A stretch of DNA of 63,395 nucleotides, the filler included, from Octopus bimaculoides (Eukaryota): NCBI RefSeq assembly GCF_001194135.2. It is 7 parts of 7 records of this genome, joined end to end, with 100 filler letters (N's around TTAATTAATTAA, not from the genome) between each part and the next. Parts side by side here need not be neighbours in the genome. Positions count along the whole stretch, not along the records: positions 1 to 18,793 come from NC_068995.1; 6 more parts are not named here. The stretch is one strand, 5' to 3'. A program made the position numbers and the translations under genes. A model generated the notes under the pieces. The model ran no database searches and had not been told where the DNA came from. It saw only the letters and a list, made by a program, of their open reading frames with translations. Shown here one piece after another: positions 1 to 15,762 of this stretch (positions within the stretch are counted from its first letter, which is position 1; each line of letters begins with the position of its first letter).

Positions 1-53
<53 letters not shown>

Positions 54-810
54 CAATATCTTAGAATTGAAATCACATTACATTTAAACTGTAGCTGTGT
101 GACAAATTCAGTTGATTATAAGCAAAGTCGACGCCTGTTCCTTAGATAAGAAGAGATACAGCATGTATCCCTCTCTATTCCCTTTTTCAGTTCGTTATTA
201 AACAAACGCTGTTTCATTTATCAAATTCAAATAGAAGTCATTTTCAGTGTCTAATGTTTTTCGGAAACATCTATTCGGATTAACCCACTGATAACTTCAT
301 ACTTGTTACTTGCAGTCTGCAAACACACAATTTTCTTTCTACAAATGGCGGCAGCATATAACCAGCAAACCTCTCTCTTTAGACCCTCTAAGAGTGACCC
401 GCAGTATCAGAGAATGACGTCTTCGTATATCAGGTCATTCCATGTAGTACCAGGAAAAAGCAGCCTCAAAATCTGTTCTCTGCGGCGCATTGAATTATAC
501 CGGCTACGTGGGAGATATCATCTAAGATTTATTGAGAACCTGAGAGGGGACATAGGATTGGATTCCATTCACTAACCGAAGATGATAAATGGTGATGCAT
601 AGCGAAATGGTTTTGGTTTCGATGACGAGATGGGAACCTGCCAAACTTTTCTTCTACGTTCAGTACAAATGCAATAGTGACTTCAGAATCAAAAGTCTCT
701 TCTTGAATTCTAAGTAAAATGATTCGAAACTGCATTCGTATCATGCCTACTTTAGACTTATAAGATCTGTGTTTCTTCAACATTCGTTAGTAAATCCATT
801 TGATATGCGT

Positions 811-1004
811 TTAACACCTTTGTAACCATATTCCTGCCATTACTTCAATTAATTTTGAAATTAATGACGAATTTAGTAAAATAATTTTGTCATTATCAAG
901 CTGGTGTTTGGAACATATCATGACATTTTGATGGATCATTTTATAGAAAGTTAGTATCGTAGAATCGAGGGCAGTTTCCCGGGTAGTGGTATCAAAAGGG
1001 ATAA
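811..1004. mobile_element. piggyBac-like (TTAA) MITE
   Basis: Begins ttaa-caccttt and ends aaaggg-ataa (degenerate CCCTTT/AAAGGG TIRs with TTAA-like target). About 190 bp, non-coding. Confidence 0.5.
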
Positions 1005-3685
1005 AGGGCTGTGAGGTAAGATGAAAAATATTGCAAACCTAAGTCAGTGGAATTTCCTTTTCAACTCTCTTATTAATTTGTTTATGACATTTCTTTATGA
1101 CAACCATAACTACCCTATCTGCCCTTCTTCATCAAAGCAAATATGATTGGCTGTTTCAAATCACGCCCTGCTGTCTTAAAACAAAAATTACACAGAAAGA
1201 TATAAAAAGCGGGATTTTCATGGCTGGAATAGCTTTGTTTTAGATCTCTTGGCTTGAGGGAAAACATGTATGTCATTGTTTTCCACGTAAATATAGTGAA
1301 ATGATCGCAAACAGTATTTTAGAGAGAGAGAGAGGGTGAGACAGACAGACAGACAGTCAGAGACGGAGAGAAATAGTCAAACGGAATGACAAAGAGTGTG
1401 GGTAGAGAAAGAACACCTGAGGTTTAAGTGAATTGGTTTTAATAAAACATAATTGCTGTGGCCGATGAACTCTTACCGGCGGCGTGCGCTTGTACATACA
1501 CAGTCAGAAAAACAATATAAAATGTCTACCGCGCATCTAATTAATCGTGGACCAACCAGCAATTAAAAGTGAGAATTTTCCGACAAGTTTTGTGTTTGTT
1601 AAGACTTAATAAAAAAAGCACTCTGCTAAACAAAACTATTAGATGCAGAATTAAAGACAAATCTATCTTATGAGGAATGAACTGAACAAATTGTTGCTAG
1701 TGCAAAGGAACGTAGGTATTTGGACATAGGTGACCGACGGAGATGAATAGCGAATTGCCAAACAGAGAGATTACGAATTATATAAAGACAAAGCCTGAAA
1801 TCTTATAGGATAAAAATCTGCATTCAAAAGTGAGGATTGCTTCACTTATATTACTTTTCTTAAGTTTCATGAGATATCACTTTGCGCTACCTAAGTTATG
1901 AAAAACACATATATTTACGAATAATATAAATATTGATGGAAAAATATATTGAAGATATGTATTTTTTAATTTAGTTTATATCAGAACATAACTGAAAAAA
2001 AGATATAAACCATCTAATCCGGCTCAATGTTTCTAGAACAAATCCCGCCATGAGATATTTAACTTTTAATAACTCTGGGTTTCATAAGCCAGCTAACAGG
2101 CACACGAGATGATTTCATTCGACTGTGTGTGTTCAAACAAATTGGAGTCACTTTACATATGTAATGAATCGCTATTTTAAATATGTGTATTTAGCAGGGC
2201 ATACAAAAGCAAATAAGTTATTGAACATAAACAGAAATTACTTAACTTTGGAAAAAAGATATATCTCGTTGATTGATATTGATTCACACCACGTGATTTG
2301 AACTCTGCTTAGATCGTCTGTTTAGACTTCATGACAATGTCGGAGGTATGTTGAGAGAAGAGTGGAGATGAAATAAGCTGCGATAGGTAATTTATATCTA
2401 CTTTCGGCTGCATTTTGTCCACAACGCTGTTTAAATTAAATTAAAACGAACTGAACTGTACCAAATATATCATATATCACACAGTTCAGTCACTAGTGGT
2501 CACCTGACACAAGTGATTTATAGAAACAAATAAATGATAGGAAAAATATTTTCAATAAAGTAAATGGTAAATAAAATTGTTCCTCGAGTCAAAGTTCCTT
2601 GCATTTATATATATATATTTTTTTCGGAACCAAATATATTAGGAACGCTCTAAATTCTTCGTCTATTTCTGATTTTTTTATTTTTTAGCAAACATTAATC
2701 TATTTTTTTTTCCACAAGATTCGCCATTAATAAACGTCGAAAAACTCTCTTACGGTGTTTACTAAAGAAACTATTACTATCACTTTTGTTTATATTATTT
2801 ATTTTATATTTATATTGTATTATTTTTTTTTGCATGTTTTTGCTTGTTTTAATGATTTATTTATCCGGAAACATCTGTGACGGAAACAAATCAAAGTAAA
2901 AATAAAAACAGTTTAAAATATAAACTAACATAAACGTGAAATAATCAGAAGATAAATTATTAATTAAATTGAACAAACGAAACTTCGTCATTAAAAATCT
3001 TAAATTGCCATCGTGGGTCATTAGAAATTTTCTGATTTACTGTTGAGATTACAAGTTCACGTGTTTTAAGTTAATAAATAAATAACAAGAATTATATAAA
3101 TTTAAATATATAAGAAACAACAAGCAGACAGACTGTTTCTTAGATATCTGGATTCAGGCTACAAGCCAGAATGTCACCCTTCATCATATAATGCTTTATG
3201 GGTTTATGATCATGTGACGCTAGCAGAGTTGCAAAATATATACTCAGTAAGATTCCGAATTCTATCAAATGAAAAAAAGTTGCGGTTCTAAAAAGTAATA
3301 AATTGTTTAACTAATAGATTTATGTAGGAGAGAATTTTATCAGACATTAAGACAAATTTAACGTCTTTAATTTTCTTCAATGTCCATTAGTGTTGTAGAT
3401 TTTATTGAAAAAAAGAGAAAAAACAAGGGAAATTTAAAACAAATTCAGATAAACAAAATGTAAGAGGAATAAAAAGAAGTCGTTTTGATACGATTCAGAA
3501 AAGGACTGTAGAGACATCGTTGAATGTTATTCGCTTCGGTGATAAGCAAACTTGTACAATCTTAATAACTCTGAGAACGGCATGTAGGTCTCTAAAAAGC
3601 ATCTATTTGGTTTTTATCTGTATGCATCCCATACAACTTAGTCAAGTATGCGAAACGTTGTATCAAATTTAATTATATTTATGTG

Positions 3686-3763
<78 letters not shown>

Positions 3764-5205
3764 GCTGGGTGGTATATGCGTACATAGACACATATGAGTT
3801 TGTTATGTAAAATTATATATAAAAAAACAACAACTTAACATTAGACTGAAGAATGAATCTGACAGTGACTGGAGTTTCGGCCTGCTTGCCTTCTTCAGAA
3901 CAGATTGTATTCCTTCAAAGCATCGACGCTTCTGTCCCATTATTATTATATTATAGTTTTCATCTTCCAATACGAAACCATAATTATCTCTTAAAATATT
4001 GATGGTAAGCAAAATCTCAGGGCATTTTTTGAGAACAGGAAAAGAGAAACAGCAAGAAACATTGAAACAATTTAGGAAAACAAAATTGGTGCTACACGGT
4101 GTTATGTTTCGGAGAAGGGCAATGGAAAATAATTATAATTCACTGTTATCATTGTTATATAAGCACAAGGCTTGCAATTTTGTCATGTGGGGAAAATAGG
4201 TTACATTGAGCATGGTGCTCAACTGGTACTCATGTCATCGTTCTCGAAAGGATAGAATGCGAAGTCAACCTCTGAGGAATTTTGAACTCAGAGTATAAAG
4301 AGGGACGAAATGCCGTTGTCTGGCATGCTAAAGATTATTCTAACACGCTGCTTTTGGTTTCTAATTAGGGCACAAGGCGTACAATTTTGATTGAGGGCAT
4401 GGGGTTAGTCTATGCCATCGATCCCAGTACCTGAAAGTTTCTTTATTTCATCGATCCCTGAAGGGGTGAAAGACAACGGAGGCCTAATAATAAGAAAGAA
4501 AGAAAGAAAGTGACTAGTTCTTACACAAGAAGGTGAGAATATAGGAAGATGAAGACGAAAAAGAGGAAAAAGAGGAAAAAGAGGACATCTTTTCCACAAC
4601 AACAAATTAAGCTAGGACAGCAGCAACAAATACGACAATAACAACCAACACACACCGTTATTCTAACGACAACCTAGAACAACTACAACAACAACAACAG
4701 TTAATATCAGAGACAACAGCTACAACAACACCAACTCGATTATCGATCAAACAACTTTTTAATCAAACGGACTAATATTCGGTGTCATGTCTACATCGAT
4801 TTTCGGTTCATTGGAAATGCGGCGGCATGGATGTAATGAAGGCTGTGATAGTAGTAGTAGTAGTAGTAGTAGTATCCGAGCAAGTGATGGTTTTGGTTTT
4901 GCTTTGTGGTGAATGAAAAGAAAAAAAAAGAAAGGAATGAAGAATAAAGAGGAAGAGAAAAGCGTGGTTGTGGAAGTTATAGAAATATTTTATCAACAGA
5001 TTATAAAACTCATCAGACCGGAAGTGGAGAACTTACTACCTTACGTAAAGAAGAAGGGAAAGTCTAAACGCTTTGAATTACGTTTCCGCAAGCGAGATAA
5101 CCTGACGCTGGAGACACAATACAAAATGCTATATAAAATATACACACCAATCCTCATAGTCGTACAGTCAGCTGACGAACAGGAAGTACTATTTATGTAT
5201 TTCTA

Positions 5206-5252
<47 letters not shown>

Positions 5253-5683
5253 TACATACGTATTTATATATATATATACATATATTTCACCGATGTATAT
5301 TCATTCGAAAGCACCGACTTTTCAATGCTTCGTAAACTAGCAGATTTTTCTGTGGTATTTATTCAACCTTGGTATAACATACCAGAAATTGTTACTCTTT
5401 CAGTTTCAAATGCAGTCCACCCAATGTTTCACCAGTGAAAATGTCTAACTTGGTACGTTATTGTTCACTAAAGGCTTTCATTAAGGAAGTAGACAAATAT
5501 TTAAAGATAGTCCAAACTTTAAAATCCAAGATTAGTAAAAATATTTTGTTTCAACTGTTCGTTGCTAAAGGAAGATGTTTACGTAATTTTACCCTTACAC
5601 ACATACACATATACATCTATAAAAATATGTACATATATACATATATATCAATATATATATATATTGATATAAAAATATATGAG

Positions 5684-5716
<33 letters not shown>

Positions 5717-6934
5717 GTTTAAAGCATGATGGTGTCACCATATTTGTTACTTGCATCATTACAAAAATCATTAAATGAAATAGCAAATGTGTCGGGAAAA
5801 AAAATCGGAAAAAATTTAATTCTAGGATTAATATTAGTATTACATTTTCCAACAAGGGAAAGAACTCCAGACATGCTTCCGCTTCAGTGCAATTCTCCTC
5901 AGTGATTTTGTAGCCTAACCATATTGAAGTTAAGTAAAAATCGAAATATTTTACACTCCTGCTGCGATTTGTCGCATTTCTACAACTTAAATGTTGTTCA
6001 TGAACTCAGTGTACTCGACGTGCAGCTTTTTCTTTCAAGATGACTAAGTTCATCTCATTAGGTTTAACTTCATAGAGCACACACACACACACGCACACAC
6101 ACACACACGCACACACACACGCACACACACACACACACGGTATGGTGCGATTCTCAAGTTCTTTTAACCTTTAGATGGTATATAAAATTATTTTTTTATA
6201 TTATTGTTTAAAATTTGTTGTACTGTATATACTATGCAGTCTCTGCTATATTTTGTGGACGTATTATCATATATATATATATATATATATTATAGCTTTA
6301 TATATTTTAAAAGAATGCCATAATGTGTGTATGTGTGCATATATATANNNNNNNNNNNNNNNNNNNNNNNNNNNNNNNNNNNNNNNNNNNNNNNNNNNNN
6401 NNNNNNNNNNNNNNNNNNNNNNNNNNNNNNNNNNNNNNNATACATCTTTTATCCGTTAATGGTCTCAGTCATTGGATTGCAGCTATGTTGGGGTATCACC
6501 CTGAGAATTCTAGTCGAATGAATGAACGCCAGTACCTTTTTAAAACCTGGTATTTATTCTGTCAGTCTCTTTTGCTGAACAGTAAAATTACGGGGGCGTA
6601 AACACACCAACACTCACTGTCAAGCAGATGTGAGACACACACACACACACACACGGCGGGCTTCCTTTAGTTTCAGTTTTTCCAATCCACCCACAAGTGT
6701 TTGGTCGGCCCGAAGCTGTAGTAAAAATCACTTACCGAACGTGCAATGCATTTATAGTCTATTCCAATATCGCTTTCTGCGGTAGAATGAATGTTACGAG
6801 CGAGGAGCTATAAAGAAATGATTTACTTAATACATTTACATATACTCTATAGCTGTATCGAGTACTCTTTTTCAATCCATCAAAAATGCGTGAGAGAGAA
6901 AGAGTGAAATTGAGTGAGAGAAAAGTATGTATAT

Positions 6935-7011
<77 letters not shown>

Positions 7012-8789
7012 NNNNNNNNNNNNNNNNNNNNNNNNNNNNNNNNNNNNNNNNNNNNNNNNNNNNNNNNNNNNNNNNNNNNNNNNNNNNNNNNNNNNNNNNN
7101 NNNNNNNNNNNNNNNNNNNNNNNNNNNNNNNNNNNNNNNNNNNNNNNNNNNNNNNNNNNNNNNNNNNNNNNNNNNNNNNNNNNNNNNNNNNNNNNNNNNN
7201 NNNNNNNNNNNNNNNNNNNNNNNNNNNNNNNNNNNNNNNNNNNNNNNNNNNNNNNNNNNNNNNNNNNNNNNNNNNNNNNNNNNNNNNNNNNNATATATAT
7301 ATATATATATATATATATGAGCACCCCGAGGTGCAGGAGAACGAAGAGAGAGAAAAAAAATATAGTCATACTTCGCGTCTGCAAATAAAAAATTATATCA
7401 CAAAACAGAAATGTAACTGTGTATACGTGTATGTATGAATGTGTTTGTCTCCGTCATTGATAATAAACATACATCTGTCTGTGACTATATGAAAGTGTGT
7501 TCTGAAAGACAATTATTTAACATATTGCGACAAATAGATAAGTAAACGGAGAGAAATGCTTTAGCTGATTCAGGGGGAATTTGTAATGAAAACACACACC
7601 ACACATACACACACAGAGTTAACTGTCATCAACTAGAACCCTTATTACACAACAATATAATCTCAAAGAGGGCTCTGCTACCATAAATCTACGAGCTTTT
7701 ACTGATTCACGAATGAGTTTTATTAATCAGTTAGTATGACTTTTAGAAAGACGCTTTGTCAGATATTTGAGATAATCTTTCTATACTGACGATTCTACAA
7801 CCCAGTACCTTTCAGAAATCGTTATTCCTATACGTTAAGACAAGATAGATCGTTAAGTACAAAACTCATGACAGGTTTCATGTTGAAGTTATTTTGCAGA
7901 GGGCAGAACATAAGGAGTGTTATTGCTTTGATATTGAGAAATATTTGAATTTTACATGTCTTAATTGTGTCATAGTTGGAAATCGTGAAACAGAACTTAT
8001 AAAAAGAAAAAAAGAAAGATGGAAAATTATACAGAAAAAAACTGAAAGACATATTGGAAGGAAGACATTCCTGTACTGAGGCAGAGCAGCACGGCACAGC
8101 ATTTATGAGGCTGTTGCCACATTGGCAATGAAAGCATGAGGATAACTAATTAACTGCAATGTCTCGAGGTGACCAGAATACGATACGAGAGGTTTATATA
8201 ATGACTGGGCTCTCCTTATATCATTAAGGGCCGCGACTAGTCCGCTAGTCAGTCAGTTATAAGAAGTAACTGAGGCTGATTAAGTATTTGAGGCAAAGGT
8301 CCGTGCATCCTAATATATTAATAAAAAAATAGTACTTTTTGTAGAATTTTTATTGTGTTTTCTGGTGTCTGCCGCCAAATCAACATACTTTTACCATATG
8401 AATTTTGTGTTGAGGTGATAATGAATCTTTTTAAGAGTGCAAAGCTTTGCAAATGATCCTGTAGAACATCTGTTAAGAATTGATAAAAATAAAAGCAATT
8501 CCAGCAAGACAGATTGAAAATAAGAAAAACACTATATAATGCTGTCTTTTTGAAGAAACTCTAAAAGACATTTTGGTAAAGTTGTGAAAGCCTAACATAA
8601 AATTATAAATCTGAAATTCAATGTTTTATTATAAACTGCCTTTTCAGTCAAATCATTGAATATTTAAACAGTGACACATTCCTCAATAAGGATAAAGCAC
8701 ATCATTTCTCAATTCAGTTTTGTTTGTGGGGAATAACTCGGCAAAAATGGCTTGTCAAAAAACAAAACAAAAAAAGAAAAGAAAAGAGA

Positions 8790-9080
8790 AAAGTGTGTAC
8801 ATTGTTCTTCGTCAAAATTTTGATTTAGCTGATGTCCATTGCAATGGTAAAAGAAAAGCACTATTATTGCTTCTACTAACCACAAAAGGGAAATTTACTT
8901 GTTCCAAGAATAAATGTACAACCAAGGGATCATGCTGTACTATTCCAAATAGAAAGGCGACAATTTCCAATCAAACTACGCTTTGGTCTTACAATTCACA
9001 AGTCCAAGCACTTTTCAATCACGGAATCTTCATACAGAACATTAAATGCGTCTCTCATGGTTGCCTTTCTGTAGCAACTA
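8790..9080 (+). mobile_element. Helitron PIF1-type helicase C-terminal relic
   Basis: Frameshifted LRQNFD...CNG, VPRINVQPRDHAVLFQIERRQFPIKLRFGLTIHKS and SHGCLSVA correspond to the Helitron motifs LLRNL..LCNGT, RRQFP.RL.FAMTINKSQG and FSHGQLYVA. Confidence 0.85.
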
Positions 9081-9524
9081 AAGATTTAGAATTATGGCAA
9101 CACAAAGCATGAACATAGGGGATTCTTCCAGAGAATGGTCGAATGTGGAGAAATTCACTAAGGTATATGTAATCTGTTTCAATGGATTACAACAGCATTT
9201 GTTTCTATTTAAGAAATTCATTACCCACACTAAATAATACTTTCATCAAGGTTGTCGTTGGGAAAAAGAGAAAGTTATACTTCTCTGTATGTATTGCTGT
9301 GTTACATGTATTGAATCTAATAACGACAAGCACCTGAAAACCTTTCCTCAATTGGTAGACACCAACATGCAACAGTGACAGCTGGGTATCGACTGTATGA
9401 ATAGGTGCAAGCTGAGAAGTTATTGCGAATCTCATGCCACTACTCCCCCTCTCTCTCTCTCCCTCTCTCTTTCTCTCCCTCTCTCTCTCTCAGTACCTGC
9501 GTGTGCGTGTCTACACTTAAGCCG

Positions 9525-9564
<40 letters not shown>

Positions 9565-12500
9565 ATATGATACGATATAACCTTGCTTATATTTATATAT
9601 AAAGCGCTCTTTCTCATACGCACACATACATACACATACACACACACATATATATATATACATACATATGCGCATACACACACACACAACAAACACCGAG
9701 AAAGAGATGGAGGGAAGCTGGTAATAAAAGACATGCTCCATAGAATAGCTAAGTGAATGAATGTTGTCCTATGTAAATGTCATTTGCCATGTCTCTAGCT
9801 GTCCGTCATCTCGTGGTAACGCAAACTGTTTTTATTGCCACTTACATCGAACCACTACCACATATGACATTCAGGAAGATGGCGGAATTGTTCCAATATC
9901 GATTACTATTGATTGCTTATGGAGAAAAAAGCTATGATGATTTACAACTAACTGGTCGATATCAGAGCTGGGATTTGTAAAAAAAAGAGAGGAAGAAAAA
10001 TTGTAAACAAAATGATAATCTCTCTCTACCTCTATATATATTGATATCTATCTATCTATCTATCTATCTATCTAAGTAAAATTAAATATGTTTGAACATA
10101 GGAAGTTATACAGCGTGTGTGTGCGTGCATATCTATATGCAGGCACGCATAGATACATGTAACACACACAAATATGTGTGTGCTTGTTCACGCGCGTGTA
10201 TGCATATGTCAGCGTGTGTGCGCGTGCGCCAAATAAGCCTATATGATGATATGCAAGATTATCGTAATTATTGCAGATAGAAGCAACCGACAATTTTGTG
10301 AAGGTTTCTTAGTTAGTAATTGCATCGATTCTTAGTGATTCCATTCGTAAGTCTTGACACCATTGTCTTCAATTAACAGCAAGAACTGATAAGTCCACAG
10401 CAATTAAGCTGTGGTAGGAGTGGAAAATTAACAAGTGGGTTCAAATTCTACCCGTATCTAAAACAACATTATTTATTTCCTGTGTTTTTTCCACCGTTTT
10501 ATGCCACTTTTGGTTAACACCTTCTTCCTGGTATACATGGCTGAGTATTTGAGTATCCTGCAGTCACGTATGCCCTTTGAGATAATTTCTACAAATAATG
10601 TGATGCTATTTGTGATGAGACTGACCCTATTAGATTCAATCAGTCTGAAAGGGTTCCTCTGTTTCTCTCTTACTAATTTCTTTCACATATTATGGATGGT
10701 CAAGAGATTGTTGTAGAAGACATCTCCTGAACGCGCCTTGCATTGAGATTAAAACTGTACCCTTGTGATTGCGAGGCGAATTCCGTAAGGTTTCTCCGCA
10801 GTAGTTGGTTCAAGGTGCTAGAAATAGTAGCCAAATATCTCTGAAACCACACCCTACTGTTTTATAAAATGAAAGGAATATATGAAAAATAGCAAGACAC
10901 TGTCGGTTGGAAGTATTTTTGACCATAGGTTTGCAAGACCTAGCTTCAGCTAATCTACAATAGCTTTTTTTCCAGAATTCTTATTCTTGGGACAATATAT
11001 TTGTGTTACAATACAAGTTTGCGTACAAATTATCAAATGTTTAGAAAACAGAAATCTTTATCAGTCAGTCAGTTGCGGTCGACCTAGCGAACTGGTGCTG
11101 TAGTAGTTCATACTTATTCACCACTCATTAATCAATCTCAGTATCCATGGTTAAAAAAAATCGAAACAACTTCATGAACATTATCATGCAACTCTGATTG
11201 CTTTAAAAATTCCAACTAATTATGAAGTCGATCATCGCAACTCAGCAACGTTTCCCCAATATGTGCGTGAGAGCAATTAAGAATTGCATTCATGTCCATA
11301 ATACTAACCGTACCATTCAGCATCGTCGTTACGTTAATGTTTTCTATCAGCACAAATTTACTCCCCGAATCTGGCAGGTATTGTGTTCACTCCACTTAGT
11401 CTCTTCCAATTCACTCGTCTTTCATTCTTTTATGACCCATCTTGTGTGCAGCCTACTCATTAAGTACTCACCACCACACCCAGTTTTACGTCCCCAGATA
11501 TTTGGCTCTCTGAAATTCTTTCCTTGCACATATATTTCATTCAATAGTCGACTCGTAACAGCTTAAAAGCATTAATGGTTTCAATGTCACCGGCCTCAGA
11601 AAACCTGTGACAGCATGGGTGTTGTCCCGTCTTCCAGACCTAATAAACAGAATCAAGATCATTTCCGATTGCCTCATGCTTTCCATGACTATCATCCAAC
11701 TTACGTTTACCACAGTAATAGCCTTCTTTCAAAATATTTGTCTTTGAAAACATTTATCCTTTGTTCTATCGTTCATCATTAATTTCATTCATTCAGCCTT
11801 TATTGTTTTCTTTCTTTTATTTAGAAGTTTATCCTTTCTTTCATCTATTTTCCTTCAATCATTCACACATCGTATTTTGTTATCATTCATCGCACACTTT
11901 CCCTCTACTAAATCCATTCATAGATCCCAATATAAACTTATATTTTATTTTACTTTTCGCTTCTTAGCTTATCTCGTCTTGTCTATCAGTCCATTGCCTT
12001 CGAAGTCTGCGGATTGGCGAAGCTGTATTTACTTAGGTCCCTTCCATTCATAGTTGAAGTCCCGTTGAAGTAGACTTTATCGTTCATGGATGTTCGATAT
12101 CAGTCTAATCGATAAAATTGGACGTTACCTTCTGCCAAAATCACTGGTATTATACCTATGATATAAATTATTTTTCTCCAGTGTCGGTAGAAATGACAGA
12201 ATGATTTCTTATTTGCTTTTTATTCTTTAATTCCGCTGCTCCAGAATAATAGGTTGTGCACTTATGACTTTCATAGCTCAGTCAAGACCAATGATATCTT
12301 CACCGTTAATACCTCACATTATATATCACAATTTATATTCATAACATCTCGTGCTGTATCTTATGGGTTTTTCAATTAGAGTTGAAATCACGAGAAGGTC
12401 GATTACTGGGGTCAATATGACCGGATACAACCAAACCAAAAATTATATGTAGTCTTCTACTTATGTTAGAATTCATTATGCTTCCATTCTTTTGGTTCAT

Positions 12501-12615
12501 TTCGTCTATCAAAATATCTACAAATTTTCTTTCTTTCTCGATTACGTTCCGCCATGAAGACTCTTTATTTTTCAAGCATCTGTTTACTTATTTATTCTCT
12601 ACGCCGCTGTGTCCG

Positions 12616-12647
<32 letters not shown>

Positions 12648-13238
12648 ATTGCTGTTATTTTTTTTTGCTTCATCTACCAACCGCCCTTTCTTTTTATTAT
12701 TATTCCGTACGTTATTTCATGATCTATCATTGATTAATTCTTTGTCTTTTTTATGCGTCCGCTCTTTCTTGCATGGTCGTCTGCTTGACGAAAAAGAGAG
12801 ACAGAGAGAGAGAGAAAGAAAGTGGGGGAGAGAGAAAATGAGAAAAAGAACTAAAAACTCAAAGAAGCAGACGATCACACCTGCCAGATGATTATGGCGG
12901 AAAAGACGAAAGTAAAACTCATGAAATTTTTACTGATTAACAACAGTTCCGTTTTTAGGAAAATTATCTTCAGCACCAGTAATGATTAGATTAGACTAAC
13001 CTTCTTGTGAAAATGAATAGATTTTTCTAATTTGGATCTAATGGACTAACGGCGCTGCTAACGTAGGTTTTCTTTCCAAGCTATTAATCTAATGAATTTA
13101 TATTTTATTTTTCTATCACTATCTGACGACATTTTTTTTCTACATGTACATGCTCTTTTTATTTTATATTCTTCCTTTCACATATTTATAAGTGGCAGTC
13201 TGATGCCATTGATCTAGTCCGAGTAGAGCAAGACACAA

Positions 13239-13275
<37 letters not shown>

Positions 13276-13690
13276 NNNNNNNNNNNNNNNNNNNNNNNNN
13301 NNNNNNNNNNNNNNNNNNNNNNNNNNNNNNNNNNNNNNNNNNNNNNNNNNNNNNNNNNNNNNNNNNNNNNNNNNNNNNNNNNNNNNNNNNNNNNNNNNNN
13401 NNNNNNNNNNNNNNNNNNNNNNNNNNNNNNNNNNNNNNNNNNNNNNNNNNNNNNNNNNNNNNNNNNNNNNNNNNNNNNNNNNNNNNNNNNNNNNNNNNNN
13501 NNNNNNNNNNNNNNNNNNNNNNNNNNNNNNNNNNNNNNNNNNNNNNNNNNNNNNNNNNNNNNNNNNNNNNNNNNNNNNNNNNNNNNNNNNNNNNNNNNNN
13601 NNNNNNNNNNNNNNNNNNNNNNNNNNNNNNNNNNNNNNNNNNNNNNNNNNNNNNNNNNNNNNNNNNNNNNNNNNNNNNNNNNNNNNNNNN

Positions 13691-13741
<51 letters not shown>

Positions 13742-13954
13742 TGTGTGTGTGCATGAGTGTGTATAGATATAAATATGAATACATATCTATATAAATAATA
13801 TATGCATACACAGACGCGCATACATAAACTCATTGAACAGTAATCTCAGTGTATCATGCAATCTCGATAAGTGTTTGTATATGTTATGTGTCTGTGTGTC
13901 TGCGAGCGGTGTGTGAGTGTGTGCGCGTGTATGTATATATATATATATACATAC

Positions 13955-13988
<34 letters not shown>

Positions 13989-15385
13989 GTATGTGTGTGT
14001 GTGCAATGAAATGTCCTTGAAAGATAATTCCTTCTGATGATCTTTTTTCATGGGTTATGTTTTCATTATTTATGATTTTATGTTTTGATCATTAGGGTGT
14101 TGTTGTTCTCTACAATGTAACTGTTGTAAATGACTTTGATAGAGAACAGAGTTCTTTTGTCCAACAACAGTGATATGAAACGTGCGATGATTGCTGATCG
14201 ATGATCGGTGATTGGTGATCGATGCTAGATAATTGATTGGTTCCAACCAAAGCACACGCTGCTGTTCACTTAGCAGCAGTAGCAGCATGTAACAGGATTT
14301 CATGATGTAAAAAAAGGTGGGAGAATAACACACACACACGCACACGCACACACACACACACCAGTATATACATACGGAAACACACACACACACAAACATA
14401 CAGACTCACACGAGGATACCCACACAGTGGCACACACACAGGCACACACACATGATCATACACGCACACAAGCATACATAGACAGACACAGCGACAAATG
14501 CACACAAACGCCTACATCAAAAACAACCCTAGAGGCTGAATGTGGAAAATTTAGTGTTTTGGCCTCTAAAGACTGGGCTGAGTAAATATCGAACCGTATT
14601 AATGCAGAACCCGTCGACATGTCATTCTAGTTGTTACTGATGTGTTGTTTGTCAGTAGACCTATAATCAATGTAGATCCATCTTTGACCATCCCGCCTTT
14701 TTTGTATATCAGGAAGCACGTTGTGTGACTTTTTCAAAAAAATTAAAAAAAACAAACAATTGTATGACTTAATTTCAGGAAGATTTAGCTACCATTTCTA
14801 GCAGACGGAAGTGAAGGAGAGGATAAGATGGTGATGAATGTAACAGAAGAATTGGGAAAAAGTGATGAGATGATGATGGTGAAAATAGGGTGAGGGAACG
14901 GGTTAGGGTTGAAGAAAGGGGAGGAGGAAAATGGAAAAAAATAAGAAAGAAGAATCGTCGATGTGTCTCCGAATCAATGACACACACACACACATACACA
15001 CACACACACACACCCACACACACACACATACACACACACACGCACACACACACACACATCGCGACACAGGCGCGGAGGAGTGGTATGGAAGTTCGTATTG
15101 CAACCCAATTTTCTGCAGCCTCTTTTGGAGCGAAGTCATGAGAAGGTAAGTGGAGTTTTGGAAACTGTGGATTGCCATTGGATGGGATGCAATTTACCCG
15201 GAATTCAAAGGTCTAGACTTGACATACACTCATTCAGATTAAGAACTGGTTAACAACGGACCTGTCTGTGGAATATTCAGCCGTTTACATGCGAAGAGAA
15301 TGAGTTGGCGTTTCGGTTCATGGAAGGTATGGTTGCGCTTCTCTGAAATCGACTGAAGGCCAATAAATACACACACACACACACA

Positions 15386-15421
<36 letters not shown>

Positions 15422-15762
15422 CACATACATACATACATACATAAGCAGAAAATAGATATTCAGTGCTTCACAGAACATACACACGTATCAGAAACGTGCC
15501 GTAATAATTACGTAACAGTTGTAGAAACATTATGCATTCTTGTACTACACTCCATCAGCGCCCCGCAATAATTACGATGCTAAAAGCTCCAAATATATTC
15601 GCGTTTCTCGTTATGCAAATTATCAACTAACTCGCATGCCACATGATACGTACACACAACGCAATGTAAAGAACTTAAATAAATGTCTATATTATGAAGC
15701 CCCGCTGTGCGTAAATAAGAATTTAAATATATTCATTCTATACTTTTATAGTATTCTCTTAT

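Noticed and set aside
303-783. ORFs 303-575(+) and 529-783(-); aaATGGCGGC start-like context
   Set aside because: No recognisable domain or splice structure. The AAYN similarity to PAPSS RVAAYNK is on the wrong strand and does not extend.
4913-5335. 140-aa plus-strand ORF
   Set aside because: Starts in purine-rich low complexity and ends in (CA)n; no motif or splice support.
9876-9885. YY1/Kozak-like AAGATGGCGG (also near 56070 with a following CAG|gtaata)
   Set aside because: Short motif with no supporting CpG island, homology or downstream exon.
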